From contig JAVVEA010000001.1 of the NCBI GenBank assembly GCA_032250835.1, positions 143,869-207,868 of the forward strand: DNA of 64,000 nucleotides. The letters run 5' to 3'. The notes under the pieces were generated by a model. It made no database searches, was not told the origin of the DNA, and saw only the letters and a program-made list of their open reading frames with translations. The stretch is from a bacterium. Lineage in GTDB: Bacteria; SAR324; XYD2-FULL-50-16. Both the position numbers and the translations under genes were made by a program. Position 1 is the first letter of the stretch, and the number at the start of each line of letters is the position of its first letter. Below, in pieces: positions 9,772-18,240 of this stretch.

Positions 9772-10889
9772 GAAGCCTCCATTAGGCCCTTCAGGCAGTG
9801 GACCAATGCGGTAACTTCCTCGCGGCGGTTGTCCTTCCCTAGCGAGAAACGCAACACAGATATGGCCTCGGCGTCGCTATAGCCAAGGGCTTTCATCACC
9901 GGGCTGGGTTCGTCGTTTCCTAAAGAACAAGCCGACCCGCTCCCTGCCTCAAAACCGGCCAAATCGAGCCGCATCAGCAGACGTTGGGCCCGAGCACCTG
10001 GAAACATAAAACTGTTGATTTGGGGGGCCTTAGGGGCCTCTAAGGGCAAAACCGGCTGGCCGCAGCCAGCCAAACTTTCATAAAGCAAATTTTGCAGGTT
10101 CCCCAGGTGGGCCAAACGGGCCTCTCGCTCTTCGGCCAAAAGGTCAAAGGCCTGAGCCAATCCCTGCGCAGCCGCTATATTTTCGGTTCCTGACCGTAGG
10201 CCCCGTTCTTGACCCCCGCCCAACAATAGGGGGCTCAATTCCAAGCCAGAGCGACAATAGAGCAATCCTGATCCTTTGGGGCCGTGGAGCTTATGCCCCG
10301 AGAGGGTCATCAGGTCAACTTGCCAGTCTAAGGGGTCTAAAGGCAACACCGCAGCCGCCTGGGCAGCATCGACCAGCAACAAAACACCGTTGCTTTGGCA
10401 AATAGGACCCAGTAGCTCAATCGGTTGGATCAGCCCGGTTTCGTTGTTAACCCGCTGGATCGCTACCAGTCTCGTGTCGGGCCTTAGCGCAGAGCTCAAG
10501 GCCTCTGGGGTAACCTGTCCCCAAACATCGAGCGGTAACCATTCTAATTCCCAGGCCGGCTGTTCGGCTAACCGCCGCAGGGGAGCTAACACCGAAGGAT
10601 GCTCGGTCGGTGAGGCCAGAAGATGGCCACCGGGATGCGCGGCGGTAGCCCCGTATACCGCTAGGTTGTTGGCTTCGGTACCGCCGGAGGTGAAGGTAAG
10701 GTTTTGCCGGGCCACGGACAGATAACCAGCTAAGCGCTCGCGAGCTTCGGTCAGAGCCGTGGCGGCTTTGCGCCCACTGGCGTGGAGGGCTGAAGGGTTG
10801 GCGCAGTCAAGATAGGGGCGCATGGCCTCGAACACCCTAGGGTCTAAGGGAGCCGAGGCGGCATGGTCCAGGTATACCCTAGCGGTCAT
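9768..10889 (-). CDS. Cysteine desulfurase (class V aminotransferase, NifS/IscS/YrvO-like)
   Basis: 373 aa. PLP-Lys motif SGHKLHGPKGSGLLY. C-terminal active-site Cys loop (SGSACS). 4-nt ATGA overlap with mnmA. Confidence 0.8.
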   Translation of the reverse strand: MTARVYLDHAASAPLDPRVFEAMRPYLDCANPSALHASGRKAATALTEARERLAGYLSVARQNLTFTSGGTEANNLAVYGATAAHPGGHLLASPTEHPSVLAPLRRLAEQPAWELEWLPLDVWGQVTPEALSSALRPDTRLVAIQRVNNETGLIQPIELLGPICQSNGVLLLVDAAQAAAVLPLDPLDWQVDLMTLSGHKLHGPKGSGLLYCRSGLELSPLLLGGGQERGLRSGTENIAAAQGLAQAFDLLAEEREARLAHLGNLQNLLYESLAGCGQPVLPLEAPKAPQINSFMFPGARAQRLLMRLDLAGFEAGSGSACSLGNDEPSPVMKALGYSDAEAISVLRFSLGKDNRREEVTALVHCLKGLMEAS

Positions 10890-11619
10890 GGAGCTGTTCG
10901 GGCCGGATCTGGTCGATTCGGTAGCTCACTTGAGCGGGCAGAGCAACGCGTTCCAAAGCCCCGAGAACGTTCGCCTCAGGGCTAAGCAAAATCTGGCGGC
11001 CATAGACCGGTTCATCGTCGCCCTCGACGGGCAACACCAACAAACCCAAAACAGGCTCCCCCTTGCGTTCAAAATAGTTCAAAAACCGTCCGCAGTGGGA
11101 CTCTAAGGCTTCTTGTTCGGCGGCCTTAAGGATCAGTCGGTAGATCTCCTGGGGCCGCTCTTGCATCAGCTCTTCGCGCGGGGCCAATTCCGCCGGGCTC
11201 CAGGATTCGCACCGAAAGCGGTCTGGGCCGGTGCGCTTGAGACCTTTCAGCTCAATCAAACTACCTTGTTTCAGAGCTTCAGCCCCGTTCAAACGAACCT
11301 CAAAGAGACCGTTTTCGCCGGTGATCAACTGAAAGTTGGGACGGAACTTATCGGGCAGGCGCAGGACCACCCCACCGGTTGGTTCTTCGTGCCGGTGGTG
11401 GCCGCCGGGGCGGAACTTAAAGGCAAAGCCTTCGCCGACCGGTAAAGCCACTAGCTGTTGGACGATGTCAAAATCCATCAGCGGCTTACCCTGGGCGCGG
11501 CGGCAGGGGTGCTGGGCCCAATCGCCATGGGCGCGGTCCAGCAGTAACGGGGCCCCGCCTTTGAGCAGGAAGACCAGTCCCTTACAGTTGGGACAATAAA
11601 AGGGCATTAAAATGTTCAT
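10879..11619 (-). CDS. Hypothetical protein with an N-terminal CxxC zinc-ribbon-like motif; first gene of the desulfurase-mnmA-plsY operon
   Basis: 246-aa ORF (MNILMPFYCPNCKG...HPCRR). Overlaps the downstream desulfurase by 11 nt. No recognisable catalytic domain. Confidence 0.4.
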   Translation of the reverse strand: MNILMPFYCPNCKGLVFLLKGGAPLLLDRAHGDWAQHPCRRAQGKPLMDFDIVQQLVALPVGEGFAFKFRPGGHHRHEEPTGGVVLRLPDKFRPNFQLITGENGLFEVRLNGAEALKQGSLIELKGLKRTGPDRFRCESWSPAELAPREELMQERPQEIYRLILKAAEQEALESHCGRFLNYFERKGEPVLGLLVLPVEGDDEPVYGRQILLSPEANVLGALERVALPAQVSYRIDQIRPEQLHDR

Positions 11620-11636
11620 GGGCTCCGGGGAAAGGT

Positions 11637-11655
11637 CATTAGTCTAACGCTAATG
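11637..11655. promoter_or_regulatory. Imperfect 19-bp palindrome CATTAGTCTAACGCTAATG; candidate DtxR/IdeR-type operator in a divergent promoter region
   Basis: 6-bp perfect inverted arms (CATTAG/CTAATG). TTAG...CTAA core resembles iron/manganese boxes of the DtxR family. Lies 90 bp upstream of the DtxR-family gene and 18 bp upstream of the divergent operon start. Confidence 0.35.
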
Positions 11656-11743
11656 CCCCTCTTTGGCAATCCTTAGCCCCACTTTGGCTGGACAAAAGAA
11701 ATAAAGTTGGTATGCTCTAAAAAAATCTTGTCCCTAATGAAAC

Positions 11744-12412
11744 ATGGCCGTTGAACGCAACTCTATTGTGGTGGAGGAATACCTCCAAGTCATCTATTCC
11801 GAAGCCCGCACCAGTGGGCCTGTCAAGGCAATCCATCTAGCCCAACGCTTAGAATCTAGCCCTTCGACGGTCCATGCCACACTCAACCGGTTGCAGCGCG
11901 ACGGGTTGATCGAGATGGGGCCGAAAAAGGAAATCAAGCTGACCTCTGAGGGCATCAAAAAGGCCGAAGAACTAACCTACCGCCACCAGCTGGTAGAAAG
12001 CTTCTTGTGCAACACCCTGGGCATTCCTTGGCACGAGGTCCACCACCATGCCCACATCTTAGAGCACGGCCTAACCCCTTTAGTAGAAACGAAATTGGCC
12101 GAGTTTTTAGGGGACCCGGAGCGCTGCCCCCACGGCACCCCCATGCCCGGCAAAAGCAAACTCCCCGCAGAGATGGTCTTTTTGAACGAACTGGCCGCAG
12201 GGGAAATCTGCGAAGTGGTGGTGGTCCAGGAAACCTTGGAAGACGAAGCCGAATTGATGGAATACCTACAGCGCCACCAAGTGGTTCCCGGCAAAGAGTT
12301 AACCCTGCTAGAGCACATCGGCGCGACGGGGTCGATTATGTTAGAAAGCGGCGAAGACCGCTTCTCGCTACCCCAAGACGTGGCCGATAAGATCGGGGTC
12401 TTGCGCCGTTAG
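11744..12412 (+). CDS. DtxR-family metal-dependent transcriptional regulator (MntR/IdeR-like) with a C-terminal FeoA/SH3-like domain
   Basis: 222 aa. N-terminal wHTH (YLQVIYSE...STVHATLNRLQRDGLI). Metal-site histidines (HEVHHHAHILEH). C-terminal FeoA-like segment. Confidence 0.75.
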   Translation: MAVERNSIVVEEYLQVIYSEARTSGPVKAIHLAQRLESSPSTVHATLNRLQRDGLIEMGPKKEIKLTSEGIKKAEELTYRHQLVESFLCNTLGIPWHEVHHHAHILEHGLTPLVETKLAEFLGDPERCPHGTPMPGKSKLPAEMVFLNELAAGEICEVVVVQETLEDEAELMEYLQRHQVVPGKELTLLEHIGATGSIMLESGEDRFSLPQDVADKIGVLRR

Positions 12413-14598
12413 GCCTTGGCCTTACGGTTGCCTAAGAGGCCCAGCTGGATCGCCGTAAAGGCCAACAACACCAAGAAAATCAAATAAGCAGCCGCCGAGC
12501 CATAGCCCATTTCCCGTTTGTGGAAGGCTAGGTCATAAAGGTAATAGACCGCTGTTTCGCTGCTGCGCAGCGGCCCGCCCTTGGTCATCAACAACACCTC
12601 CCCAAAGACCTGAAAGGCCAAAATCGAATCCATCACCGCCGCTACGAGCAACGTAGGCTTCAGCAAAGGCAAGGTGATGGTGAAAAACTGGCGCAGCGCT
12701 CCTGCCCCTTCGAGCGAGCTTGCTTCGTAATATTCCTCGGGAATCGATTGCAACCCCGCCAGCAGCATCAAACAATAAAACCCAAAGCTCGCCCAGATGT
12801 TCATCAACATAATCGAAGGCAACGCCCAATTGGGGTCTTTGAGCCAATGCCGTCCGGGGCTGCCCCAGAGGCGCGCTAGGTCGTTCAGCAAGCCTTGGGG
12901 GGCGTAAAGTTCCACAAACAACGCCGCAATGACCATCACGCTGGTCACCACGGGCATGAAGTAACTTACCCGGTAAAAGGTCTTAAACCTTAATTTTTGA
13001 TTTAAGATCACCGCCAAGACCACCGCCAAAACCAAAATCACCGGCACGGTCCCCAAAACAAAAAAGAAGCTATTGCCCATCGCGGCGAGAAAATGCGGGT
13101 CCACCACCAACCGACTATAGTTTTCCATCCCCACCCAAGCCGGTGCCCCCGAATCGGTTGCGCGGTAGTCCGTAAAGCTCAGGTAAATGGAATGGACGAT
13201 AGGATAGAGCGAAAAGGCGACAAAAACCAACAGCCAGGGGGCTAAAAAGACCAGCGTATCCCGGCGGTAGCGTAGCCTTCGGGCCAGCTTGGCTTTTTGT
13301 GACCCCAAGGCCTTTTGATAGCCCCGCCATTCCTTGAAAGCCCATCCAGCCAGCCCTAACAACCCAAAGCCTAACAGACTCATCCAAGCGATACCCCAAG
13401 GGTCTTGGTCCGGCCGGGGGGGTCTGGGTTTTTCGTTTAATAAAAGGTTTAGGTCTAGCTCTGCTTGCCGCATCGCTTCTTGGGGCAGGTCCAAGCCATA
13501 AAGCGAGCGTTCCACTGCCTGAGAAAAGACTTCTTGGATGCTGACCCACTTTGGGTGGCTCGGCGGGGCGGTGCTATTTTTTAACACCTCTAAAAAGACC
13601 AAAAGTTCCCGGTGTTCCTTTTGATAAAAATCACTCTGCTCGGCGGCTTTATGGGCCGGGAATAGGGTGGTGATCCGGCGGGTGATCGCTTCGGTAACCT
13701 CCGGGCGGCACAAGAAGTGGATCAGTTTCAGTGCCGCTTGGGGGTCTGCGGCACCTTGCGTGACCGCCAGCATTTGACCGCCCGAAAAGCCCACCGAGGC
13801 TCCGCCGGTTACCGGCGGCGGCAGGGGGATCACGCCGAAGCGTAGGTCGGGGTTTTCTTTATTGAACCGCTCAATTTGGCCGGGCTCTTCGAGCATAAAG
13901 CCCAAATGCCCCTCTAAAAAGACCTTACGGACCACCGTATTGTCGTCAAAAAGCCCATGGTCTTTGAGCTGTTTATAGTATTCGAGGGCTTCGACAAAGG
14001 GGGCTTCGGTCAGGCCCAGGCGGCCGTCAGGATACAACAACCGGCTCCCCTTAGACCAAGCAAAGGGCAGGAATTTTTGCCAAGTTGAGTAAGACCCGGT
14101 CTTGATGCCGTAGCCATAGGTCCGGTCATCTAGTTGCTGGATCTTTTGGCTCGCCCGCAGTAGGTCGGCCCAGTTTTGCGGGAGCGGTTCCCCAACAAGG
14201 TCCAACAGGTCTAGGTTGACGTATAAGGCGGCGGTCGAAAGGGTCCAGGGAACGGCAAAGGTCGATCCTTGGTACCTTGCCGGGGACCAACCGTTGAGCC
14301 GGTCGGTCAGGTCGCCGGGATTGATGGGCGCTAAGCCTTCGCTCAAACCCGCCACCCAGGTGCTGCCGATTTCGATCACATCTGGCGCTTGCCCGGCGGC
14401 CATGCTGGTCAGGATTTTATTGAGGCCTTCGCTCCAGGTGAGGCGTTCCACCTCTACCTGGATGCCCGTTTCTTCGGTGAAACGGTCTAATTGCGGGCGC
14501 AGCCACTCTTCGGGCCAGAATTGCCAAAAGTGCAGCGTCTGGGCGCTGGCCGTCGCCGCCCAGAGGCAGGAGAACAAAAGCAGTAGCGCCCGCTTCAT
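12409..14598 (-). CDS. ABC transporter fusion protein: N-terminal family-1 solute-binding domain (signal peptide) fused to a MalF/UgpA-type permease domain
   Basis: 729 aa. Signal peptide MKRALLLLFSCLWAATASA. About 420-aa SBP-like region, then 6 TM helices carrying the permease EAA motif (EASSLEGAGALRQFFTITLPLLKP). Confidence 0.7.
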   Translation of the reverse strand: MKRALLLLFSCLWAATASAQTLHFWQFWPEEWLRPQLDRFTEETGIQVEVERLTWSEGLNKILTSMAAGQAPDVIEIGSTWVAGLSEGLAPINPGDLTDRLNGWSPARYQGSTFAVPWTLSTAALYVNLDLLDLVGEPLPQNWADLLRASQKIQQLDDRTYGYGIKTGSYSTWQKFLPFAWSKGSRLLYPDGRLGLTEAPFVEALEYYKQLKDHGLFDDNTVVRKVFLEGHLGFMLEEPGQIERFNKENPDLRFGVIPLPPPVTGGASVGFSGGQMLAVTQGAADPQAALKLIHFLCRPEVTEAITRRITTLFPAHKAAEQSDFYQKEHRELLVFLEVLKNSTAPPSHPKWVSIQEVFSQAVERSLYGLDLPQEAMRQAELDLNLLLNEKPRPPRPDQDPWGIAWMSLLGFGLLGLAGWAFKEWRGYQKALGSQKAKLARRLRYRRDTLVFLAPWLLVFVAFSLYPIVHSIYLSFTDYRATDSGAPAWVGMENYSRLVVDPHFLAAMGNSFFFVLGTVPVILVLAVVLAVILNQKLRFKTFYRVSYFMPVVTSVMVIAALFVELYAPQGLLNDLARLWGSPGRHWLKDPNWALPSIMLMNIWASFGFYCLMLLAGLQSIPEEYYEASSLEGAGALRQFFTITLPLLKPTLLVAAVMDSILAFQVFGEVLLMTKGGPLRSSETAVYYLYDLAFHKREMGYGSAAAYLIFLVLLAFTAIQLGLLGNRKAKA

Positions 14599-14602
14599 GG
14601 CT

Positions 14603-15457
14603 TTAAGAAACGTACTTGCCGATGATCAACTTCAGTTTCTCTTTAGTCGCCGCAGGGATCAAGTCCGGTGCCGTCACGATGGCCTGAGCCAAGGAGCTTG
14701 CGTGTCCGCAGGATTGGTCGGGCGTGAAGTTTTCAAAGAGCGCCTTGAGGATCTCTTTGGAGTTGCCCACGTTTTGGTGCATCACCTTTAAGACCGCTTC
14801 TAAGGTCACTTCTTCGTCATGCCAGCAGTCGTAATCGGTGCTCAAGGCAATGGTACCAAAGCACAACTCGGCTTCGCGGGCTAATTTGGCTTCTTGCAGG
14901 TTGGTCATACCGATCACCGAAGCCCCAAGGCTACGGTAGAATTCGGATTCGGCGCGGGTCGAAAACAACGGGCCTTCCATGCAGACGTAGGTGCCACCAC
15001 GGTGGTAGGTTACGCCGACCTTTTTGACCGCAGCTTCAAGGCCGTCGCAAAGTTCGTTACAAACCGGGTCGCCGAACTGCAAGTGCGCCACCACACCTTC
15101 ACCAAAAAAAGTAGAGGGGCGGTCTTTGGTTCGGTCAAAGAACTGATCGGGGATGACAATATGGCCTGGGGCAATTTCTTCTTTAAGGCTACCGACGGCG
15201 CTAACCGAAACCAGGTGGGTTACGCCGAGGCTCTTCATGGCCCAAATATTGGCGCGGTAGTTGATCTCGCTAGGCAAGATCCGGTGGCCACGGCCGTGGC
15301 GGGGTAAGAAGACCACGTCTTTGCCTGCAAAGGTGCCTAGGATCAACTGGTCTGAAGGGTCCCCAAAGGGAGTCTTGACCGTAATTTCCTGGACATTTTC
15401 GAGGCCTTCCATCTCGTAGAGGCCACTGCCGCCGATCACTCCATATTTCATCGTCAC
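14603..15457 (-). CDS. mtnP: S-methyl-5'-thioadenosine phosphorylase
   Basis: 284 aa. MKYGVIGGSGLY...PRHGRGHRILPSEINYRANIWAMKSLGVTHL matches MTAP/PNP family signatures. Confidence 0.85.
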   Translation of the reverse strand: MTMKYGVIGGSGLYEMEGLENVQEITVKTPFGDPSDQLILGTFAGKDVVFLPRHGRGHRILPSEINYRANIWAMKSLGVTHLVSVSAVGSLKEEIAPGHIVIPDQFFDRTKDRPSTFFGEGVVAHLQFGDPVCNELCDGLEAAVKKVGVTYHRGGTYVCMEGPLFSTRAESEFYRSLGASVIGMTNLQEAKLAREAELCFGTIALSTDYDCWHDEEVTLEAVLKVMHQNVGNSKEILKALFENFTPDQSCGHASSLAQAIVTAPDLIPAATKEKLKLIIGKYVS

Positions 15458-15547
15458 TCCTGAATCATATCAAAACTGGGTTTGTAGGCTTTCTGCCTTG
15501 GGTCAAGCTAACCTAACTTGGTCTTTGAAGACAAGCCTTTGTTGCCT

Positions 15548-16342
15548 TCAGCGGCCTTTTGCAGTTGCGCCTAAAGGTGGGTTGGAAAAGGGGTCTGGGT
15601 CGTAGAGTATAGATTCGAGGGTCAACCCATGGGGCGGGGCGGTCTGGCCCAAGCTACGCCGTTTACCGGACTCCAAGGCACTGGCCAGCCCGGCCAGATC
15701 GCGCTTACCTTGGCCGATTTCGACCAAGTTCCCGACCATAATCCGCACCATATGGCGCATGAAACCATCGCCTTGAACGGTAAACTCCATCTCCAGCCCG
15801 TCGCGTAGCTTGCGGGTTTGCAGTTCGAAGCGCTCGATGGTTTTGATCGGTTGGGGAGCTTGGCAGCCCTTAGCGCGGAAGGCGTTGAAGTTATGTTGCC
15901 CCTTGAGGATCTCGGCCCCGGCGCGCATAGCGTCAAGGTCTAGGGGGCGGGGCATCCACCAATGGGTCCAGCGTTCGAAGACGCCCAAATAATGGGCCTC
16001 GAAGAGCTTATAGCTGTATATCTTGGAGTAGTTTTCTTTGACCTTAAAGCCCAGCGGCACCTCCACCAACTGCCGGATCGCGACGTCGCCGGGCAATAGG
16101 GCGTTGAGGCCAACATAAAGGCGGCTTAAGGGGGTATCTTGGGGCCAGTCAAAGGAGCAAACCTGTCCCTTGGCGTGAACCCCCGAATCGGTACGGCTCG
16201 GTGCCACCACGCCGATGTGGTGCCCGGCTATTTGGGTCAGGGCCTTTTCGATTTCGCCCTGAGCAGAGCGCCCGTTGGGCTGACGTTGCCAGCCGACCAA
16301 CAGGGCCCCGTAATATTCGACTTTGCAGAGAATTCGTCGCAA
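15548..16342 (-). CDS. truA: tRNA pseudouridine(38-40) synthase TruA
   Basis: 264 aa. YYGALLVGWQRQPNG...RTDSGVHA catalytic Asp motif. Confidence 0.85.
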   Translation of the reverse strand: MRRILCKVEYYGALLVGWQRQPNGRSAQGEIEKALTQIAGHHIGVVAPSRTDSGVHAKGQVCSFDWPQDTPLSRLYVGLNALLPGDVAIRQLVEVPLGFKVKENYSKIYSYKLFEAHYLGVFERWTHWWMPRPLDLDAMRAGAEILKGQHNFNAFRAKGCQAPQPIKTIERFELQTRKLRDGLEMEFTVQGDGFMRHMVRIMVGNLVEIGQGKRDLAGLASALESGKRRSLGQTAPPHGLTLESILYDPDPFSNPPLGATAKGR

Positions 16343-16375
16343 GGGCTGGTTCTCCGCTAATCGGCAGGTAACGGC

Positions 16376-16702
16376 TTAGGCAGCGCCTTCGACCATTTTC
16401 TTGATTTTACCGGGATCAGCACCGATCACCATTTCGGCCTGCTGGCCACCTTTGAACATGATCAAGGTAGGGATGCTGCGCACACCGAACTGAGCGGCGT
16501 ACTGGGTGTGCTCGTCAACGTTCAGCTTAGCGATGGTGACCTTGCCAACCATCTCGTCAGCCAACTGATCCAAGAAAGGAGCAATCGCTTTACAGGGACC
16601 GCACCAGTCCGCCCAGAAATCAACCAAAACGGGCTTGTCAGCTTTGAGAACCTTTTCTTCAAAGTCGGAGTCGCTAAGGATCAGGATGTTTTCGCTTGCC
16701 AT
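16376..16702 (-). CDS. trxA: Thioredoxin
   Basis: 108 aa with WCGPC active site. Confidence 0.9.
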   Translation of the reverse strand: MASENILILSDSDFEEKVLKADKPVLVDFWADWCGPCKAIAPFLDQLADEMVGKVTIAKLNVDEHTQYAAQFGVRSIPTLIMFKGGQQAEMVIGADPGKIKKMVEGAA

Positions 16703-16834
16703 TTGATTCTGCTCTTAAGGGGGTTCGCTTCCAAAAAAGGAAGTAAATCTTTTTCGGATGATCTTATCCACTGACAGTGGATTTGAAAAGCCTTTTGTCT
16801 GAAGCTTCGCATGGGGCTTTACAAATGGGCAAGC

Positions 16835-17791
16835 CTAGCGAAGGGTCTCGTTCTCGGGCAGGCGGCGGTCCGGGCCGTCCATTGCCTGAAAACTGCACAT
16901 CCCTTTGAGCCGCGAGTAGATCCTCGGGCCCACCCGTTCGGCCAAGGTTTTGGGGTCGCTGGCCTCTTCGCGGTTGGCGCGGTGTTCTTTGTAGGTGCTT
17001 TGTTTGCTTTCGGTATAGTTGGTGGTGAAGAGGGTGGTCTTTTTCTGGGCGTAGCGGTTGCTGATGATCTGGTCTAAAATCCCCACTTCCCAATCCGAAC
17101 CTCGTCCTTTGCCCAATTCGTCGATCACCAAAATCTCCACTTCGCTGATCTTGGCTAACAGGCCGGTCTCGGAAATCCCCTGATCATACTGGCTTTTTAT
17201 GGTCGAAAGCAGGGCCGTAAACTCCTGAAAAAGACAAGGAATCTGGTGTTTGATGGTCATGTCATGGATCAAGGCACAAACCAACCGGGTTTTGCCGACC
17301 CCGACGCCTCCCATCAGCAAAAGCCCCTTCCAGTCTCCCTTGAGGTAGTTTTTAATTAAAAAACTGGCCGACCGGTGGGCCTCTTTCTGTGACTTGTGTG
17401 CCTTGGTGTCAAAGTTGGCGAACAGCGAATCAAAGAACTGGGCGGGCATTTTCGCTTCGTTATAAAGCTGGATTTGGCGGTCAATCTGGCGGCAGCTACA
17501 GGGCTGGGCGATTTCGCGGCCCTTTTCGTCGGCGCTGAAAACATAGCCTAAATCACCGCAGAGCTGGCAACGAGCAAAACAATCCGGGCAGCGCTGGGCT
17601 TGGGCGTACATCCCCTTAGGTAACAATTGGATGCGTTGGTCGCCGCAGGTTCGGCAAATCTTGGCTGGTGACATGAAGGAGCTTACTTGAGCAGGGTATT
17701 TGGGGTTGAGCTTTTTACTCGACGCCGATAGCATACAACCAGAGACAGAAATCTGCAAAGCGTTCCCGCTTTCGAATTTTACACCTATCAT
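16835..17791 (-). CDS. DnaC/DnaI/IstB-like AAA+ ATPase (putative helicase loader) with an N-terminal Cys-rich zinc-binding domain
   Basis: Walker A GGVGVGKT. Walker B ILVIDELG. N-terminal CRTCGDQ...CPDC...CQLCGD...CSC. True start may be an internal Met (about 17734 or 17674), because the divergent rpiB starts only 14 bp from the annotated start. Confidence 0.6.
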   Translation of the reverse strand: MIGVKFESGNALQISVSGCMLSASSKKLNPKYPAQVSSFMSPAKICRTCGDQRIQLLPKGMYAQAQRCPDCFARCQLCGDLGYVFSADEKGREIAQPCSCRQIDRQIQLYNEAKMPAQFFDSLFANFDTKAHKSQKEAHRSASFLIKNYLKGDWKGLLLMGGVGVGKTRLVCALIHDMTIKHQIPCLFQEFTALLSTIKSQYDQGISETGLLAKISEVEILVIDELGKGRGSDWEVGILDQIISNRYAQKKTTLFTTNYTESKQSTYKEHRANREEASDPKTLAERVGPRIYSRLKGMCSFQAMDGPDRRLPENETLR

Positions 17792-17805
17792 TCCAATTAA
17801 ATACC

Positions 17806-18240
17806 ATGGATAAGCGGATCATCATCGGCTCAGACCACGCAGGCTTCCAACTCAAGGAAGCCCTCAAAAGCTATTTAACGGGTAAAGGCTTTGAAGTCCG
17901 TGATGTCGGCACCCATGAGGAAAGCTCGGTCCATTATCCAGAATATGGTAAAGCAGTGGCCCAAGCGGTCCAAGCAGGGGAGTTTGAACGAGGGGTCTTG
18001 ATTTGTGGCACCGGTATCGGTATGTCGATCACTGCCAATCGTTTTAAGGGCGTGCGTGCGACTCTCTGCCATGACGTAGACACCGCCAAACTGTCGCGCG
18101 AGCACAACAACTCTAATGTCTTGGTCTTAGGGGCCCGCGTCTTGGCTAAAGAATTAGCAGAAGAGATGTTGCAGGCTTGGCTAGACACTTCCTTTGCCGG
18201 TGGACGCCACCAAGACCGCCTTGACATGATTGAAGCCTGA
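17806..18240 (+). CDS. rpiB: Ribose-5-phosphate isomerase B
   Basis: 144 aa. MDKRIIIGSDHAGFQLKEAL...CGTGIGMSI matches the RpiB/LacAB family. Confidence 0.85.
   Translation: MDKRIIIGSDHAGFQLKEALKSYLTGKGFEVRDVGTHEESSVHYPEYGKAVAQAVQAGEFERGVLICGTGIGMSITANRFKGVRATLCHDVDTAKLSREHNNSNVLVLGARVLAKELAEEMLQAWLDTSFAGGRHQDRLDMIEA

Noticed and set aside
12533-13549. Internal ORFs of 104 and 144 aa inside the SBP-permease fusion gene
   Set aside because: These are alternative-frame shadows rich in Arg/Gly/Pro, typical of out-of-frame translation of high-GC coding DNA.
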